Assembly (NCBI RefSeq): GCF_009914755.1
Contig: NC_060947.1
Length of the DNA stretch: 64,000 bases
Direction: 5' to 3' (one strand)
From: the human T2T-CHM13v2.0 reference genome, Homo sapiens
In this document: positions 11,749 through 25,630 of the stretch, piece by piece
Layout of the letters: the number at the start of each line of letters is the position of its first letter
Numbering within the stretch: the first letter of the stretch is position 1
Made by a program: the position numbers and the translations under genes
The notes under the pieces: generated by a model
The model's input: only the letters and a program-made list of their open reading frames with translations
Databases searched by the model: none
Told to the model about the DNA's origin: nothing

Positions 11749-14700
11749 TCTTGGTTTTTATAGTTTTAGGTTTTACATTTAAGTATTTAATCCATCTTGA
11801 GTTGCTTTTTGTATATGGTGTAAGGAAGGGATCCAGCTTCAATCTTCTGTATGTGGCTAGCCAGTTATCACAGCACCATTTATTGAATAGAGAGTCTTTT
11901 CCTTATTGCTTGTTTTTGTCAGCTATCTCAAAAATCAGGTGGTTGTAGATGTGTGGCCTTATTTCTGAGCTCTTTATTCTGTTCCATTAGTCTATTGCCT
12001 GTTTTTGTACCAGTACCATACTGTTATTGGTTTTGGTTACTGTAGCCTTGTAGTATAGTTTGAAGTCAAGTATCATGACGCCTCCAGCCTTGTTCTTTTT
12101 GCTTAGGATTGCCTTGGCTATTCGGGTTCATTTTTGGTTTCGTATGAATTTTAAAATAGTTTTTTTTTTCTATTTCTGTGAAGAATGTTTTTGGTAGTTT
12201 GATGGGAACAGCATTGAATCTGTAATTTGCTTTGGGCAATATAGCCATTTTAATAATATTAATTCTTCATACCCATAGCATATTTTCCATTTATTTGTGT
12301 CTTCTCTGATTTCTTTGAGCACTGTTTTGTAATTCTGATTGTAGAGATCTTTCACCTCCCTGGTTAGCTGTATTCCTAGGCATTTTATTCTTTTTGTGGC
12401 AATTGTGAATGTAATTGCCTTTCTGATTTTGCTTTCAGCTTTGCTGTTTCTGGTATATAGGAACGCTTGTGATTTTTGTAAACGGAATTTATATCCTGAG
12501 ACTTTGCTGAAGTTGTTTTATCAGCTGAAGGAGCTTTTGGGCTAAGATTATGGGGCTTTCTAGATATACAATCATGTTGTTTGAAAGCAGGAAGTTTGGT
12601 TTCTGCTCTTCTTACTTGTATGCTATTTATTTCTTTCTCTTACCTGAATGTTGTTTCTAGAACTTCCAATACTATGTTGAATAGAAGTGGTGAGAGAGGT
12701 CATCCTTGTCTTGCACTGGTTTCCAAGGGGAATGCTTTCAGCTTTTGCCTATTCAGTATAATGTTGGCTGTGGGTTTGTCATATAAGGCTCTTGTTATTT
12801 TGAGGTATGTTCCATCAATACCTAGTTTATTGAGAGTTTTGAACATGAAGAGGTGTTGAATTTTATTGAAAGCCTTTTCTGCATCTATTGAGATAATCAT
12901 GTGGTTTTTGTCTTTAATTCTGTTTATGTGATGAATCACATTTATTGATTCGTGTATGCTGAACCAGCCTTGTATCCTGGGATGAAGCCTACTTGATCAT
13001 GGTGGATTTGCTTTTTATGTGCTGCTGGATTTGGTTTTCCAGTATTTTGTTGATTTTTGCATCGATGTTCATCAAGGATATTGACCTAATGTTTTCTTTT
13101 GTGTGTGTGTGTGTGTGTCTCTGCCAGGGTTTGGTATCAGGATGATGTTGTCCTGATAAAATGAGTTAGGGAGGATTCTCTTCTCCTCAGAATTTTGGAA
13201 TAGTTTCAGAAGGGATGGCACCAGCTCTTCTTTGTACATCTGATAGAATACATCTGTGACTCTTTCTGTTCCTGAGCTTTTTTTTTGGTTGATAGGCTAT
13301 TTATTACTGCCTCAATTTCAGAACTTGTTATTGGTCTTTTCAGGGAACAATTTCTTCCTGGCTCAGTCTTGGGACGATGTATGTGTCCAGGAATTAATCT
13401 TTTCTAGGCTTTCAAGTTTGTGTGTGTGGGGGCAGTCATAGTAGTTTCTGATTTTTTTTTTATTTCTGTGGGGTCAGTAATAACATTCCCTTCATTATTT
13501 CTAATTGTGTTTATTTGGATTTTCTCTCTTTTCTTCTTTATTAGTGTAGCTAGTAGCCTATCTATTTTATTAGTGTTTTCAAAAAATCAACTTCTAGATT
13601 CAGTTTGATATGTGTGTATTTGAATGGTTTTCCATGTCTTGATTTTCTTCATATCAGCTCTGTTTTTTATGCTTTCTCATCTTCTGTTGGGTTTGGTGTT
13701 GATTTGTTCTTGCTTGTCTGATTCTTTCAGTTGTGAGGTTAGGTTATTAATTCAAGATCTTTGTAACTTTTTGATGTAGGCATTTAGTGCTATGAATTTC
13801 CTTCTTAACACTGCCTTAGCTGTGTCCCAGAGATTCTGGTATGTTGTATCTTTGTTCTTATTACTTTCAAAGAACTTGATTTCTGCCTTCATTTCATTAT
13901 TTAGCCAAAAGTCATTCAAGAGCATGTTGTTTAATTTCCATGTAATTGCATGATTTTGAGCAATTTTCTTTTTCTTGACTTCTATTTTTATTGTGCTGTG
14001 GATCAAGAGTGTGTTTTTTATCATTTCAGTTCTTTTGCATTTGCTGAAGAGTGTTATACTTTTAATTATATGATCAATTCTTTACTAAGTGCCATGTAGT
14101 GATGAGAAGAATGTATATTCTGTTTTTGGGGTGTAGAGAGTTCTGTAAAGGTCTATCAGATCCACTTGGTCCAATGTTGAGTTTTGGTTCTGAATATCTT
14201 TGTTAATCTTATGCCTCAATTATCTGTCTAATACTGTCAGTGTAGGGTTGAATTCTCCCACTATTCTTGTGTGGGAGTCTATGTCTCTTTATAAGTCTCT
14301 AAGAATTTGCTTTACGAATCTTGATGTTCCCGTGTTGGGTGCATATATATTTAGAATTGTTAGGTATTCTCATTGAATTGAATCCTTTATCATTATGTAA
14401 TGCTCTTGGTCTTTTTTTATCTCTGTTGGCTTGAAATCTGTTTTGTCTGAAATTAGAATTGCAACCCCCTTTTTTTTCTGTTTTTCATTTGCTTGGTAGG
14501 TTTTCCTCCTTCCCTTTATTTTGAGCCTATGAGTGTCATTATGTGAGAGATGGGTCTGTTGAAAATAGCATACCACTTGATTTTGCTTTTTTATCCAGCT
14601 TGCCACTCTGTGCCTTTTAAGTGGAGCACTTAGCCTATTTAAATTTAAGGTCAATTTTACATGTGTGTATTTGATCCTGTCATTGTGTTGTTAGCTGGTT

Positions 14701-17700
14701 GTTATGTTGAGTTTTCTGTGTGGTTGCTTTACACTGACACTGGTATGTGGGCTTAAGTGTTTTTTGTTTTGTTTTGTTTTTTTTTAATTAGCTGATAGTG
14801 GTCTTCTCTTTCTATATTTAGTGCTGCTTTCAAGATCTCTTGTAAGGCAGGTCTGGTGGTAATGAATTCCCTCAACATTTGCTTATCTGAAAAGGATCTT
14901 ATTTCTCCTTTAATTAGGAATTTTAGTTTGGCTGGATGTACAATTCTTGGTTGAAGGTTTTTTAATTTAAGAATGTTGAATATAGGCCCCCAATATCTTC
15001 TGGCTTGTAGGGTTTCAGCTGAGAGGTCCACTGTTTGCCTGATGGGGTACCCTTTGTAGGTGACCTGCCCTTTCTCTCTAGTTGCCTTTAACGTTCTTTC
15101 TTTCCTTTTGACCTTGGAAAATCTGAAGTTTATGTTTCTTGGGGATGATCTTCTTGTGTAGAATCTTGCAGAATTTCTCTTTGTTTTCTGAATTTGACTG
15201 TTGGCCTCACTAGCAAGTTTGGGGATGTTTTCATGGATGATATCCTGAAATATGTTTTCCAAGTTGTTTGCTTTCTCCCCTTCCCTTTGAGGGATATCAA
15301 TGATTAGTAGATTTGGCCTTTTTACTTAATCACATATTTCCCAGAGTTTTTGTTTATTTTTATAATTCTTTTTTCTTTATTTTTTTGTAACTGTCTTATT
15401 TCAGAGACCCAGTCTTCAACTTCTGAGATTCTTTATTCAGCTTAATTTATTCAGCTGTTAATACTTGTGAATGCATTGGGAAATTCTTGTGTTGTGTTAT
15501 TCAGCACTGTCAAACCAGATAGGTTTTCCTTTTATATTGGGTATTTCATCCTTCAGCTCTTGTATTGCTTTATTTTGATTCTTATTTTCCTGGGGTTAGG
15601 TTTTGCTATCCTCCTAAATCTCAATGATCTTTATTCCTGTTTATATTCTGAATTCTGTTTCTGTCATTTCAGCCAGTTCAGCCTGATTAAGAACTTTTGT
15701 TGGAGAACTGGTGTGATCTTTGGAGGACATACAACACTTTGGCCATTTGAATTAACAGAGTTCTTGTGTTGGATCTTTCTCATCTCTGCATGTGGGTATT
15801 CCTTTATTGCCATGTAGATTGAGTACAGTCAATAAGCGTCTTTTCTGGATATTTTCACTGGGCTGAAGCATTGTTCAGGGTCTTTGTTTGAAGCTGATTT
15901 ATTGTCTCTGGTTTCAGAGGGGGGTAGGTTAGTGAGGTATTTTTGGTGTTGAAGCTTTGGGATGTGATCCAGCAGGTGGCACTTAGGCTTATTGGTCAAT
16001 TGGTAGACTCTTGCTTGGCTGTTTGGCTCCCAGTTTTTCCTCGCAGTTACACCCATGTTCCCTCTCAATGCTCTAAACTTATGTGTACCTCTCCTTCTTG
16101 AGTGCTGGCTATAGATTGTGACTTGCCACTTCTGGGCTGCCCACTTCAGCTCTGGGGAAATCTCAGTGTTTATGTTCCTTCCTTGACTTGGAGGCAGCAG
16201 AGGAAGAGATCCTAGCAGTGGTTGTGGCTGAGGATCATTTGCTTGTCTCCTGCGGCTCCACCCCATAAAGATGCAGGTCAGCAATTGCTCAGTGCAGTCA
16301 TCCCAGGATGAAGGGCCTGTGCTGTTGATCCAAGCCAAGGGTTTACTGTCTGGTGATGAGAAGCTGGGGGTGTGTGAGACCCATGAGAGACAGACTGGCT
16401 TTCTCTCATTGAGTCGACTGCAGCTTCTTGGAGGTGTGGATAAGGCACTTAGGGTCTTTGTTCCTTCATTAGTATAAGGGTGGTAAGGGCAGTTCCACTG
16501 CAGAAGGAGTGGCAGAGAAGCTTTCAGTTGCCCCTGGAGGCTCTGTCCAGGTAGTTGCCAAGTTGCTACTGGCTCAACAGCTCTGGCAGGGCGTGGCTGC
16601 AGGTCCAGACCTGAAGGACCTGTCTGATGAGGAGATATGGGAATGGGTACTCATGTAAGAGTCTGGCCAGTTTTCTGTAGGGATGCTGCATTATTCTTGG
16701 GACCCACTCTGGTCCCTGGATTGTTGAATTTTCCAGTACCTTGGAGGGATCACCAACGAAGGCTGTGAGACAGGAAAGATGACAGTCTGTCTCTCCCTCT
16801 GGGAGCTTTGTCCCAGGGAGGTGCAGGCCTGTGGCCAGCCCAAAAGCACCTGTAGGAAGTGGCTGGAGACTATGGTTGGGAAGTCTCACCCAGTAAAGAG
16901 GAATAGGATTGAGAACCTGCTAAAAAAAAAAAAAAAAAAAAAAAGTCTAGTCACATTTTTGTAGCGCAGCTGTGCTGTGCTTGGGGTCTGCTTTAGCCCC
17001 TGTTCACCTCACACACTCTGAATCCCAAAGGCTGAAACAGCTAAGTCACCCAAACAGTAAAGATGGTCACCTACCCCTCCATTTGGGAGCTCCATCCTAG
17101 GGAAAATTCATATCTCTGTTGGCTGGAGAACATGGGTGGGGATGGCTGGAGGCCCCCGTTGGGAGGTCTTCCTTAGTGAGGAGGAATGGGATTAAGCACC
17201 TGCTTAAAGCTTAATCCCATTCTGACCATTTTTTGGTAGAGCAGATTGCTGTGCTCAGGGATCCCTTTCACCTCTTCAGTCAACTTGAAATCTCCAAAGC
17301 CCGAAGGCTGGAAAGGCTGAGGTGCCAAAGCAGCAAAGATGGAGACCCACCCCAGCCCCCACGAGCTCCTTCTTAGAAAGAGGCAATGCCACTACCCATG
17401 GCTGGCTGCAGTTCCAAGCCAGTGGATCTTATTTTATTAGGTCCCATGGAAGTGGGGCCTGCAGGCTGTCGCTGCTCAGCTTCCTGGATTCAGCCTGTTT
17501 TCTAGGGGTATGTACAGGGGTCTAACCTCTCACTTTGCCGAAGCTGCAGCAACTTTTGCTGGATAGCTCAAATATCTGTGACTCCAGAGTCTCCATGCAT
17601 GCCTGAGTGGCTGCTCTGCCAAGACTCCACGTAGCTCTGTCTGTCAGACTGAAGGCCCTGGTGGAGTGGGTTTACAAGGAGATCTCCTGACCTGCAGGTT

Positions 17701-17984
17701 GCAATGATCCAGGGGAGAAGCATGGTTTCCCAGGGTTGCACATTCACTCACTGCTTCCCTGGGCAGGGGAGGTTACCTTGGCTCCATGTTGCCCCCAGGT
17801 AGGCCGTTGTTCTGTCTTGCTTTTCTTCATTCTCCATGGGTCAAGTTGTTTTCTTGATTAGTCCCAAAGATAGTACCTGGATATTTCTGTTGAAGGTGTT
17901 GTATTTACTCATACCTTCCATTCCTCTCCATGAGAGCCACACATTAGCTGTTTCTAGTTGGCTATCTTGGCCACTCCCTCCCCT
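11749..17984 (-). mobile_element. L1PA13-16/L1PREC2-like element with 5'UTR, ORF1 and most of ORF2 but no 3' end
   Basis: 5' end GGGAGTGGCCAAGATAGCCAACTAG near 17984, ORF1 ATG near 15783, ORF1p remnant 14753-15262, endonuclease remnant 14370-14654, RT-region remnant 12700-12939. Frames are disrupted. Confidence 0.9.
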
Positions 17985-18590
17985 AAGTATCTTTTCATGT
18001 ACTTGTTGGAAATTTGCAAACATTTTCTCCCATTCTATGAGTTGCAGTTTAATTTTCTTGAGGGTATCCTTTGATGCACAAACTTTTTGAAAATGTGATG
18101 TAGCCAACATATCTATTTTTTCTTTTGGTGCTTGTGTTTTTAATACCTTCAAAACCACTAACAGACCTAAGGAAATAAAGGTTTACTTCTAAATTTTCTT
18201 CAAAAAGTTTTATAATTTTAGCTCTTACATTTACATCTTTGACCCACTGTGAGTTAAGTTTTTGTGTATACTGTGAGGTAGGAGTCCTCCTTCTTTATAT
18301 TGCATGTGGATACCCAGTTGCCACAGCACCATTTGTTGAAAACACTGTTATTTTTCCATTAAATGATCTTGACACCCTTGTTGAAAATTAATTGGTCACA
18401 GATATATGGGTTTATTTCTGAACTATCGATTCTATCCCTTTGTCTATATGTCTATTCTTATGCCAGCACCACGCTGTCTTGATTACTGTCGGTTTGCAGT
18501 AAATTATGAAATTGAGAAGTGTGAGTACTCAAACCTTGTTATTTTTTCAAGATTGTTCAGGCTGTTCTCTACTTCTTGCATTTCTAACAA
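17985..18590 (-). mobile_element. L1M (L1MA/MB-type) ORF2 3' fragment
   Basis: ttgcatgtggatacccagttgccacagcaccatttgttgaa and neighbouring motifs. Confidence 0.75.
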
Positions 18591-18649
18591 CGTTATTCTA
18601 TATTTAATCCAGAAACCACTGAACTTATTATATTATATTGCAGTTAAGT

Positions 18650-21600
18650 AATATAGAGCAGATCAGAAAGCTCAAAAGCAAATTTGTACATGACTGACTT
18701 TAGTATATGTTAAAGTTAGCATTTCAAATTAGTGCACAAAGGAATTGTTATTCATTGGGAAATTTGACGAGCCATTTTAAAATTTCAAGTCAGTACATAC
18801 TTCACTTTTTTATTTTTCAAAACAAATTTCATATAAATTAAACATTAAATGTAAAAATTAACCCATACAGGAAGAAAATATAGGATAACATGTTTATAAT
18901 TTTGTAGTAAAGAAGGTTTACAAGAGACAAAATTCAGAATCAATGAGCAAAAATAATTATTCGAATGCATTATAATTAAAATCTTTGTTACAAAAATAAA
19001 TGAGCAATTAAAAAAATCATAAACTTAGAAAAAATTGCAACATCTAGGGATATAAGACTGATGGCTTAAATATATAAATTTTTATACAAATATATTAATT
19101 TTTACAAATTAACAAAAAATTTATATTTTTATAAATTAATAAAAACATAATAATTAAAATAGAACACCTTAATATAATAATGTGTTAAATATATATATAC
19201 ACCTGATATGGTTTGGATCTGTGTCCCCACCCAAATCTCATGACGAATTGTAATCCCCAGTGTTGGAGATAGATCCTGGTGGGAGGTGATTGGATCATTA
19301 GGGGTGGATTTCCCCCTTTGGTGCTGTTCTCATAGAGTTCTCATGAGATCTGGTAGTTGAAATGTGTGGCACCTTCCCTGTCTCTCTCTTCCTCCTCCTC
19401 CAGCCATGTGAAGTTCTGGTTCCCCCTTATCCTGCTGCCATGATTTTAAGTTTCCTGAGGCTTTTCCCGAAGCTGAGCAGATGCCAGAATTATTCTTCCT
19501 TTACAGCCTGTGGAACAGTGAAGCAATTAAACTTCTTTTCTTTATAAACTACCCAATCTCAAGTATTTCTTTGTAGCAATGTGAGAATGGAATAACACAG
19601 AAAATTAGTACCAAGGAGTGGGGCATTGCTATAAAAACACCTGAAAATGTGGAAGCAGCTTTGGAACTAGGTAATGGGCAGAGGTTGGAAGAGAGTAGAG
19701 GGCTCAGAAGAAGACAGTAAGTTGAGGGAAAGTTTGGAACTTCCTAGAGACTTGTTAAATTGTTGTGACTGAAATGTTGATAGTGATATGGACACTGAAG
19801 TCCAGCCTGAAAGGGTCTCAGATGGAAATGAGAAACTTACTGGGAACTAGAGCAAAGGTCACTTTTGTTATGTGTTATCAAAGTGGTTAGAGGCCCCTGC
19901 CCTAGGGATCTGTGGAACTTTGAACTTGAGAGTGATTATTTAGGGGGTATCTGGTGGAAAAAATTTCTAAGCAGTAAAGTGTTCAAGATGTCACCTGGCT
20001 GCTTCTAACAACCTATGCCCATATGCTTGAGCAAATAAATGACCTAAACCTGAAACATATTTTAAAAAGAAGCAGAGGGTAAAAGTTTGAAACATTTACG
20101 CCTGGACATTTGGTAGAAAAGAAAATCCTATTTTCTGGGAAGGAATTCAAGTAGGCTGCAGAAATATGCACAACTAAAAGGAAGGCAATGCTAATAGCCA
20201 AGACAATAGAAAAAAAGGCCTTGAAGGCATTTCAGGGATCTCTTCAGCAGCGTTTTCCATCACAGGCTTGGAGGCCTAGAAGAGAGAATGGTTTTGTGAA
20301 CCAGACTCAGGGGCCTGTTATCCTGCACAGCGTTGGGATACTGGCCCCTGCATCCCAGATATCCAGCTCCAGCCATGGCTAAAGGGGCCCACGTACAGCT
20401 TGAGCCACTGCTTTAGCAGGTACAAGCTATAAGCCTTAATGGTTTCCACATGGCATTAAGCCTGTGGGTGTGCAGAGTGCAAGAGATGAGGCTTGGGAGC
20501 CTCAATCTAGATTTCAGAGGGTATATAAAAAAGCCTGGATATCCAGGCAGAAGCCTGCTGCAGGGGCAGAACCCTCATGGGGAACCTCTACTAGGGAAGT
20601 GCAGAACAAAAATGTGGGGTTGAAGCCCCCACACAGAGTCCCCACTGTGGCACTAACTAGTGAAACTATAAGAAGAGGGCCACCATCCAGAATGATATAT
20701 CCACTGGAAGCTTGCATCCTATACCTGGAAAATGCCAGCCCATGAGAGCAGCTGCAGGGGCTGACTCATGCAAAGCTACAGGGGAGGGGTTACCCAAGAC
20801 TTTGAAAGCCCACCCATTGCATGAATGTGCCCTGGATGTGAGATATGAAGTCAAAGGAGACTATTTTGGAGTTTTAAGATTTAATGGCTACCCTGCTGGG
20901 TTTTGGACTTTCATGGGACCTGCAGCCCCTTCCTTTTGGCCAATTTCTCCCTTTTGGAAAAGGAGTATTTACCCAATGCCAGTGCCTTTATTGTATCTTG
21001 GGAGTAACTAATTTGTTTTTGATTTTATGGGCTTATAAGTGGAAGGGACTTGCCTTGTCTCAGGTGAGACTTCGGACTTTTGAATTAATGGTGGATTGAG
21101 TTAAGAGACTGTTTTGGAGACTGTAGGAAAGACATGATTGTATTTTGTAATGTGGGAGGGATATGAGATTTGGAAGGACCCAGGGGCCAAATGACATGGT
21201 TTGGATCCATATTCCCACCCAAATTCGTGATGATTGTGATCCCCAATGTTGGAGGAAGGGCCTGGTGGGAGGTGACTGGATCATGGGGACGGATTTCCCC
21301 CCTTTGGTCCTGTTCTCATGATGAAGTTCTCATGAGATCTGTTGTTTAAATGTGTGTGGCATCTCTGCCCTTTTTCTCTTCCTCTTGCTCTGGCCATGTG
21401 AAGTGTTGGCTCCCCCTTCTCCTGCTGCCATGATTGTAAATTTCCTGAGGCCTTTCTAGAAGCTGAGCAGATGCCAGAATCATGCTTCTTGTACAGCCTC
21501 AGGAACCATGAGCCAATTAAATCTTTTTCTTTTTAAACTTCCCAGTCTCAAGTATTTCGTTATAGCAATACAGGAATAAACTAATACACAGGCAATTCAT

Positions 21601-21900
21601 AAAACCAGAAGTACAAATGTTTAGCAAACTTATTTTCAAAATATTTAACCTTACTAATACTCAAATAAACATACAATAATGAAAAAAATGAGATTATTTT
21701 TGACCAATCATTTTGGTAAAGACAAACAGAATAAATTATAATAATACATTTTTACACAAAATGTAAATCGATGTAACCCTTTCTGTAGGCCAGTTTGTCA
21801 AAATGTATTCACATTTAAAAATATGTAATTCTAGTAGATTATCATTCTGTCTTGTAATATGAGCCTTTCACAGAAATAAGCACTACCACAATTTCAAGAA
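18650..21900 (+). mobile_element. L1ME-type fragment interrupted by the MSTA element
   Basis: Degenerate ORF2-end sequence at 18650-19200 resumes at 21590 (caggcaattcataaaaccagaag...). Confidence 0.55.
19204..21588 (+). mobile_element. Full-length MSTA-type MaLR element (LTR 19204-19599, internal 19600-21191, LTR 21192-21588)
   Basis: Two similar LTRs (tgatatggtttggat...taaYaca), internal region starts gaaaattagtacc, purine-rich tract before the 3' LTR. Confidence 0.92.
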
Positions 21901-22138
21901 TATTAGAGGTTTTAAAATCTTTTATATTCATATAATGCTGGAGAGACATCATCATGGTAGAGTGAAAAGAAGGCTTTGGCATTCAGTCAAGTATAACCTA
22001 GAATACTGGCTCTACTAGTTCTGAGCTGAGTGATGTCAAATTACACTGATGATTAATTTTTTTAGCCGTGAGACAAAAAATATAAATATCTACCTTGCAT
22101 TATAAACAGAATTTAGTTAAGTAATGACTATAGCTCAC

Positions 22139-22590
22139 TATACTGGATTGAACAGTGACCCCTCCAAGTTAAAAATTTATGTCCACCCACAACCTGTGCA
22201 TATGACCTTATTAGAAAATGGGCTTTTGCAGATGCGGTAAAGTTAAAATGAAATCATACTGGATTAGGGTGGGCCCTAAATTCAATATGACTAATGTCTT
22301 TATAAGAAAATAGAAGTATGTCCACAAATACCAAGACACACAGGCCATACAAGACATGCAGAGATGGGAGTGATGCATCTCAAAGCCAAGAAACAAGGAT
22401 TGTCAGCAACAATCAGAAGGTAGAAGAGACAATGAAGGATTCTTTCCTGGAACACTTGAAGGGACCGTGGCTTTGCCAACATTTCAGTTTTAGACTTTTG
22501 GCCTCCAGCACTATGAGCAAATAAATTTCTGTTGTTTTAAGCCACCAAGTTTGTGATGCTTCGTTAAGGCGACCCTAGGAAAAGAATACA
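22139..22590 (+). mobile_element. MLT1B/MLT1C MaLR solo LTR
   Basis: ggattagggtgggccctaaa...aaataaatttctgttgttttaagccaccaagtttgtg...aataca. Confidence 0.85.
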
Positions 22591-23322
22591 TATATCTAGT
22601 GCAATGCTTTACAAACTAGGAACTCATAAAAGGGAAATTATTGTGATTTATTAGTGGCAAGCTTCTTTCTCATACACTATTTTACTTTATGGTTTATGCT
22701 ATCTGTTATGTAGGTTGCTTATTTCCAGTTTTTTTAAAAAGCAGCTTTAGAATGAAAGAGGTTAAATATTTTTTCACAGGTCACAAAATTAAAAAGTAAT
22801 GGACATTTATTTCTTTTTTACTTGATTAAAAATATTCTATTTTTTAAGTATCACTTGACATTCTTGCTTTAAATTCTACCTCAAAAACTGAAAATTAGAT
22901 GAAATTGTCTGCACTGTTTTTTTTTTACCATGCATATCTTTATTCATATATCTCTGTATACATATGTCATTGTTTTAATAAATAGAGTCTTAGAAGTTAA
23001 ATTATTGGGTCAGATAATGTACATTTTTGGGTATTTTGTTTTTTGTTTTAATTTTACTATGTCTAATTTTTCTATGTCCCTTGAACCATATAATATATAT
23101 TTTAACAGCTTATTGATGAATAATTGATATAAAGAATTTGATAAATTTTGACTTATGAATACATTCATTAAACCCTCCCCACCACCCCCCCATCACCACC
23201 ACACAAACCCACAGAACATATCCATCAAGCCTATGATGACAGAAAACAGATCAATGATTGCCTGGGGATTGAAGAGGTTGAACCACCTATAGAGTAACCT
23301 TGGAATCACCTTGTGCTTTTAG

Positions 23323-23422
23323 ATCTCTTTGTGATATATATGAAGAACATAGAAAATTCCAGACATTTAGAGAATTTTCATTGACTAGGATGAAAGAGCC
23401 TGGTAAACAAGGCCTATAAAAG
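23323..23422 (+). pseudogene. Exon D (SLCDIYEEHRKFQTFREFSLTRMKEPGKQG-fs-YKS)
   Basis: Acceptor caccttgtgcttttag|, donor AAG|gtaata, 30 open codons in phase 2. One extra base near 23413-23414 must be removed to exit in phase 2. Confidence 0.6.
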
Positions 23423-24049
23423 GTAATATTTCAGGTAACTGGACCTGAGATCAAAGCTACCACAAGATAGTAAGGCCAATCATGTGTGTACTGATGTGCT
23501 TTATGTGAGCAAATCTCTTTTCCATTAGAAGAAAATAAGCTAGGCTAAGAGTTCAAATTTATATCACTACTTTACATAGTAAAGAGAAAAGACATAGTAA
23601 TAGCTTGGAAAGTTGTGTTGGGTTACTATTTCAATTTCATAAGAAACTACATCTTTAAAAAGTCCATGAAAGAGAAAATTTGAACCAGACATTCAAAATT
23701 CATAAAATGTCTACTTAAAAGTCACCTGTATCTTCCACATTATAAATCATTTTCTGTAACCAATAAACACATTGCTAATCTTCATGACTCATTCTGTCAA
23801 CAGCCACAGATTTCCACTAAAGGAAGAAGGCAACTACTAGAAGGTGACCCTTGACTCTTTTGCTATCCATAACTTTATGCTACCTGACTGGCCTAGAAAG
23901 GGGAACAGTGTTTTTCCATCAGTCAACACCCAATTTGAAGTGTCATTACCTTCATGAATACTTCTCCAATGATGCCAGCCTATATTGATCTCTCTCTTCT
24001 CTGATACCCTTTTGAGTTTGTCCTTAGTGCACTTTCTTTCCTTACATTA

Positions 24050-25100
24050 TTGTGTAATTACTATGTGCCAGACATTGTGCAAAACACAAAACACACACTA
24101 TCTTATTTATTATTCACAGAAAGCTATGAAGTAGGGATTTGAGTAGATACCTTGCCTCAGGATGGAAGTCTAAATCCTCGTGGACTTTACATTGTGTTAG
24201 TTATCTAGGGATCCTAAGTACTATTACCAGTGTCTAGAAAAAGACAAATAAGCTTAATCTCTTCCAGGGTTTTTCAGAAGCAAAAACAATTATATACTCT
24301 TAATAGTCTCCACAGCACTTTGCACTGTTCTAGGTCCCAAACAGGTGTTCCACAAATACTTGTTGAATGATGAATGTTTAGTTGATACATAAGCATACTG
24401 TAGTGGAAGAAATATTCTACTCGAAATCAAGAGACATAAGTCACACAGCTGTATGATCTTGAGAAAATCTCTTGAAGCTTCATTTTTTTTTTCTATAACA
24501 TGGCAAGAACAGATGAGAAGATCTCTGGCATTCCTTCTAGCTCTGACACTAATATAAACTAAAAGGTCCAAAGAAATGTTATTTGGAAAGCAAAATGTTG
24601 CCTATCACAATTGAAGCAAGCTGGATAAATATTTTAGAGCATTTTGCATTATTACATCATAGGATACTGTACCTGCCATAGCTTCAGAGAAGCCTCAGTA
24701 ACAGACATGAATGAAGTTTTATTTTTATGTAAAGATAATGCATAGATTTGATTTTTTAAAGGCAATGCTGAAATAGCCTCCTGATAAGTCTTCTTGTCTC
24801 CCCTCCTATCATTTCTTCACAATGTAACCAAAGTGGTTTTTCTACAGTTCCAAATAAATCACTAGCCTGAATAAAACACTTCTTGGCATTTCTGTGGCAT
24901 TTGGAAAAAGCTCAAATCTTTAAAGTGGTCTGTAAGGCCTCGCTGGATCTGACACCCTCCTGAAGTTCTAACCTCAACTTTCACCTCCCTGATTCAAAAT
25001 CTTTATTCTAGTCTTCCAGCCATACTCAACTATTTTAGACACCCAAATGAGTGACAAGTATACTCAACTGCTGGCCTTTGAACAGACCACTCTTTTTTCC
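24050..25100. mobile_element. Cluster of MIR and L2 fragments
   Basis: ctatgtgccagacattgtgc (MIR), aaatacttgttgaatgatgaatg (L2 3' end), L2-like stretch 24770-25100. Confidence 0.55.
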
Positions 25101-25164
25101 AGGTGAAGGTGATCATTCATCAAGTAAAAAAACTGAAGATATATTACAGGTGAAAAAGCAATTG

Positions 25165-25630
25165 AGTGTCCATAGCAGCATTATTCACGAGTGGGAACAA
25201 CACAAATATCTGTCAATGAATGAATAGATAAACAAAAAGTGATATGTTCATACAGTAGAATATTATTTAGCCAAAAAAAAGGAATGCAGTACTAATAAAT
25301 GCTACAACATGGATGGACCTTGATAACATTATGCTCAGTGAAAGAAGCCAGACACAAAAGGCCACATATTGTATTATTGCATTTATATGAAATGTCCTGA
25401 ATGGGTACATCTAAAGACATAGAAAGAAGAGTAGCCATCGCTAGGGATGGAGGAAGGGAGAGTGAAGAGCGAATGCTAATAGATATGATTCTTTTGGGGG
25501 TAATGAAAGTGTTCTAAATTGGCTCTTACTGATGGCTGCACAAATCTGTGAATATTAAAAAACATTAAATTGTACACTTTATATGGGTGATTGTATGCAA
25601 TTGAATTATATTTAAATAAAGCTGCAAAAA
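25165..25630 (+). mobile_element. L1MB 3' end
   Basis: atgctacaacatggatggaccttgataacattatgctcagtgaaagaagccagacacaaaaggccac. Confidence 0.85.

Noticed and set aside
20188-21099. ORFs in the MST internal regions (also 33882-34979)
   Set aside because: Broken remnants of the MaLR internal ORF, with many stops and frameshifts
19199-21593. TSD for the MSTA element
   Set aside because: Flanks acacc and caggc do not match, so no TSD is claimed
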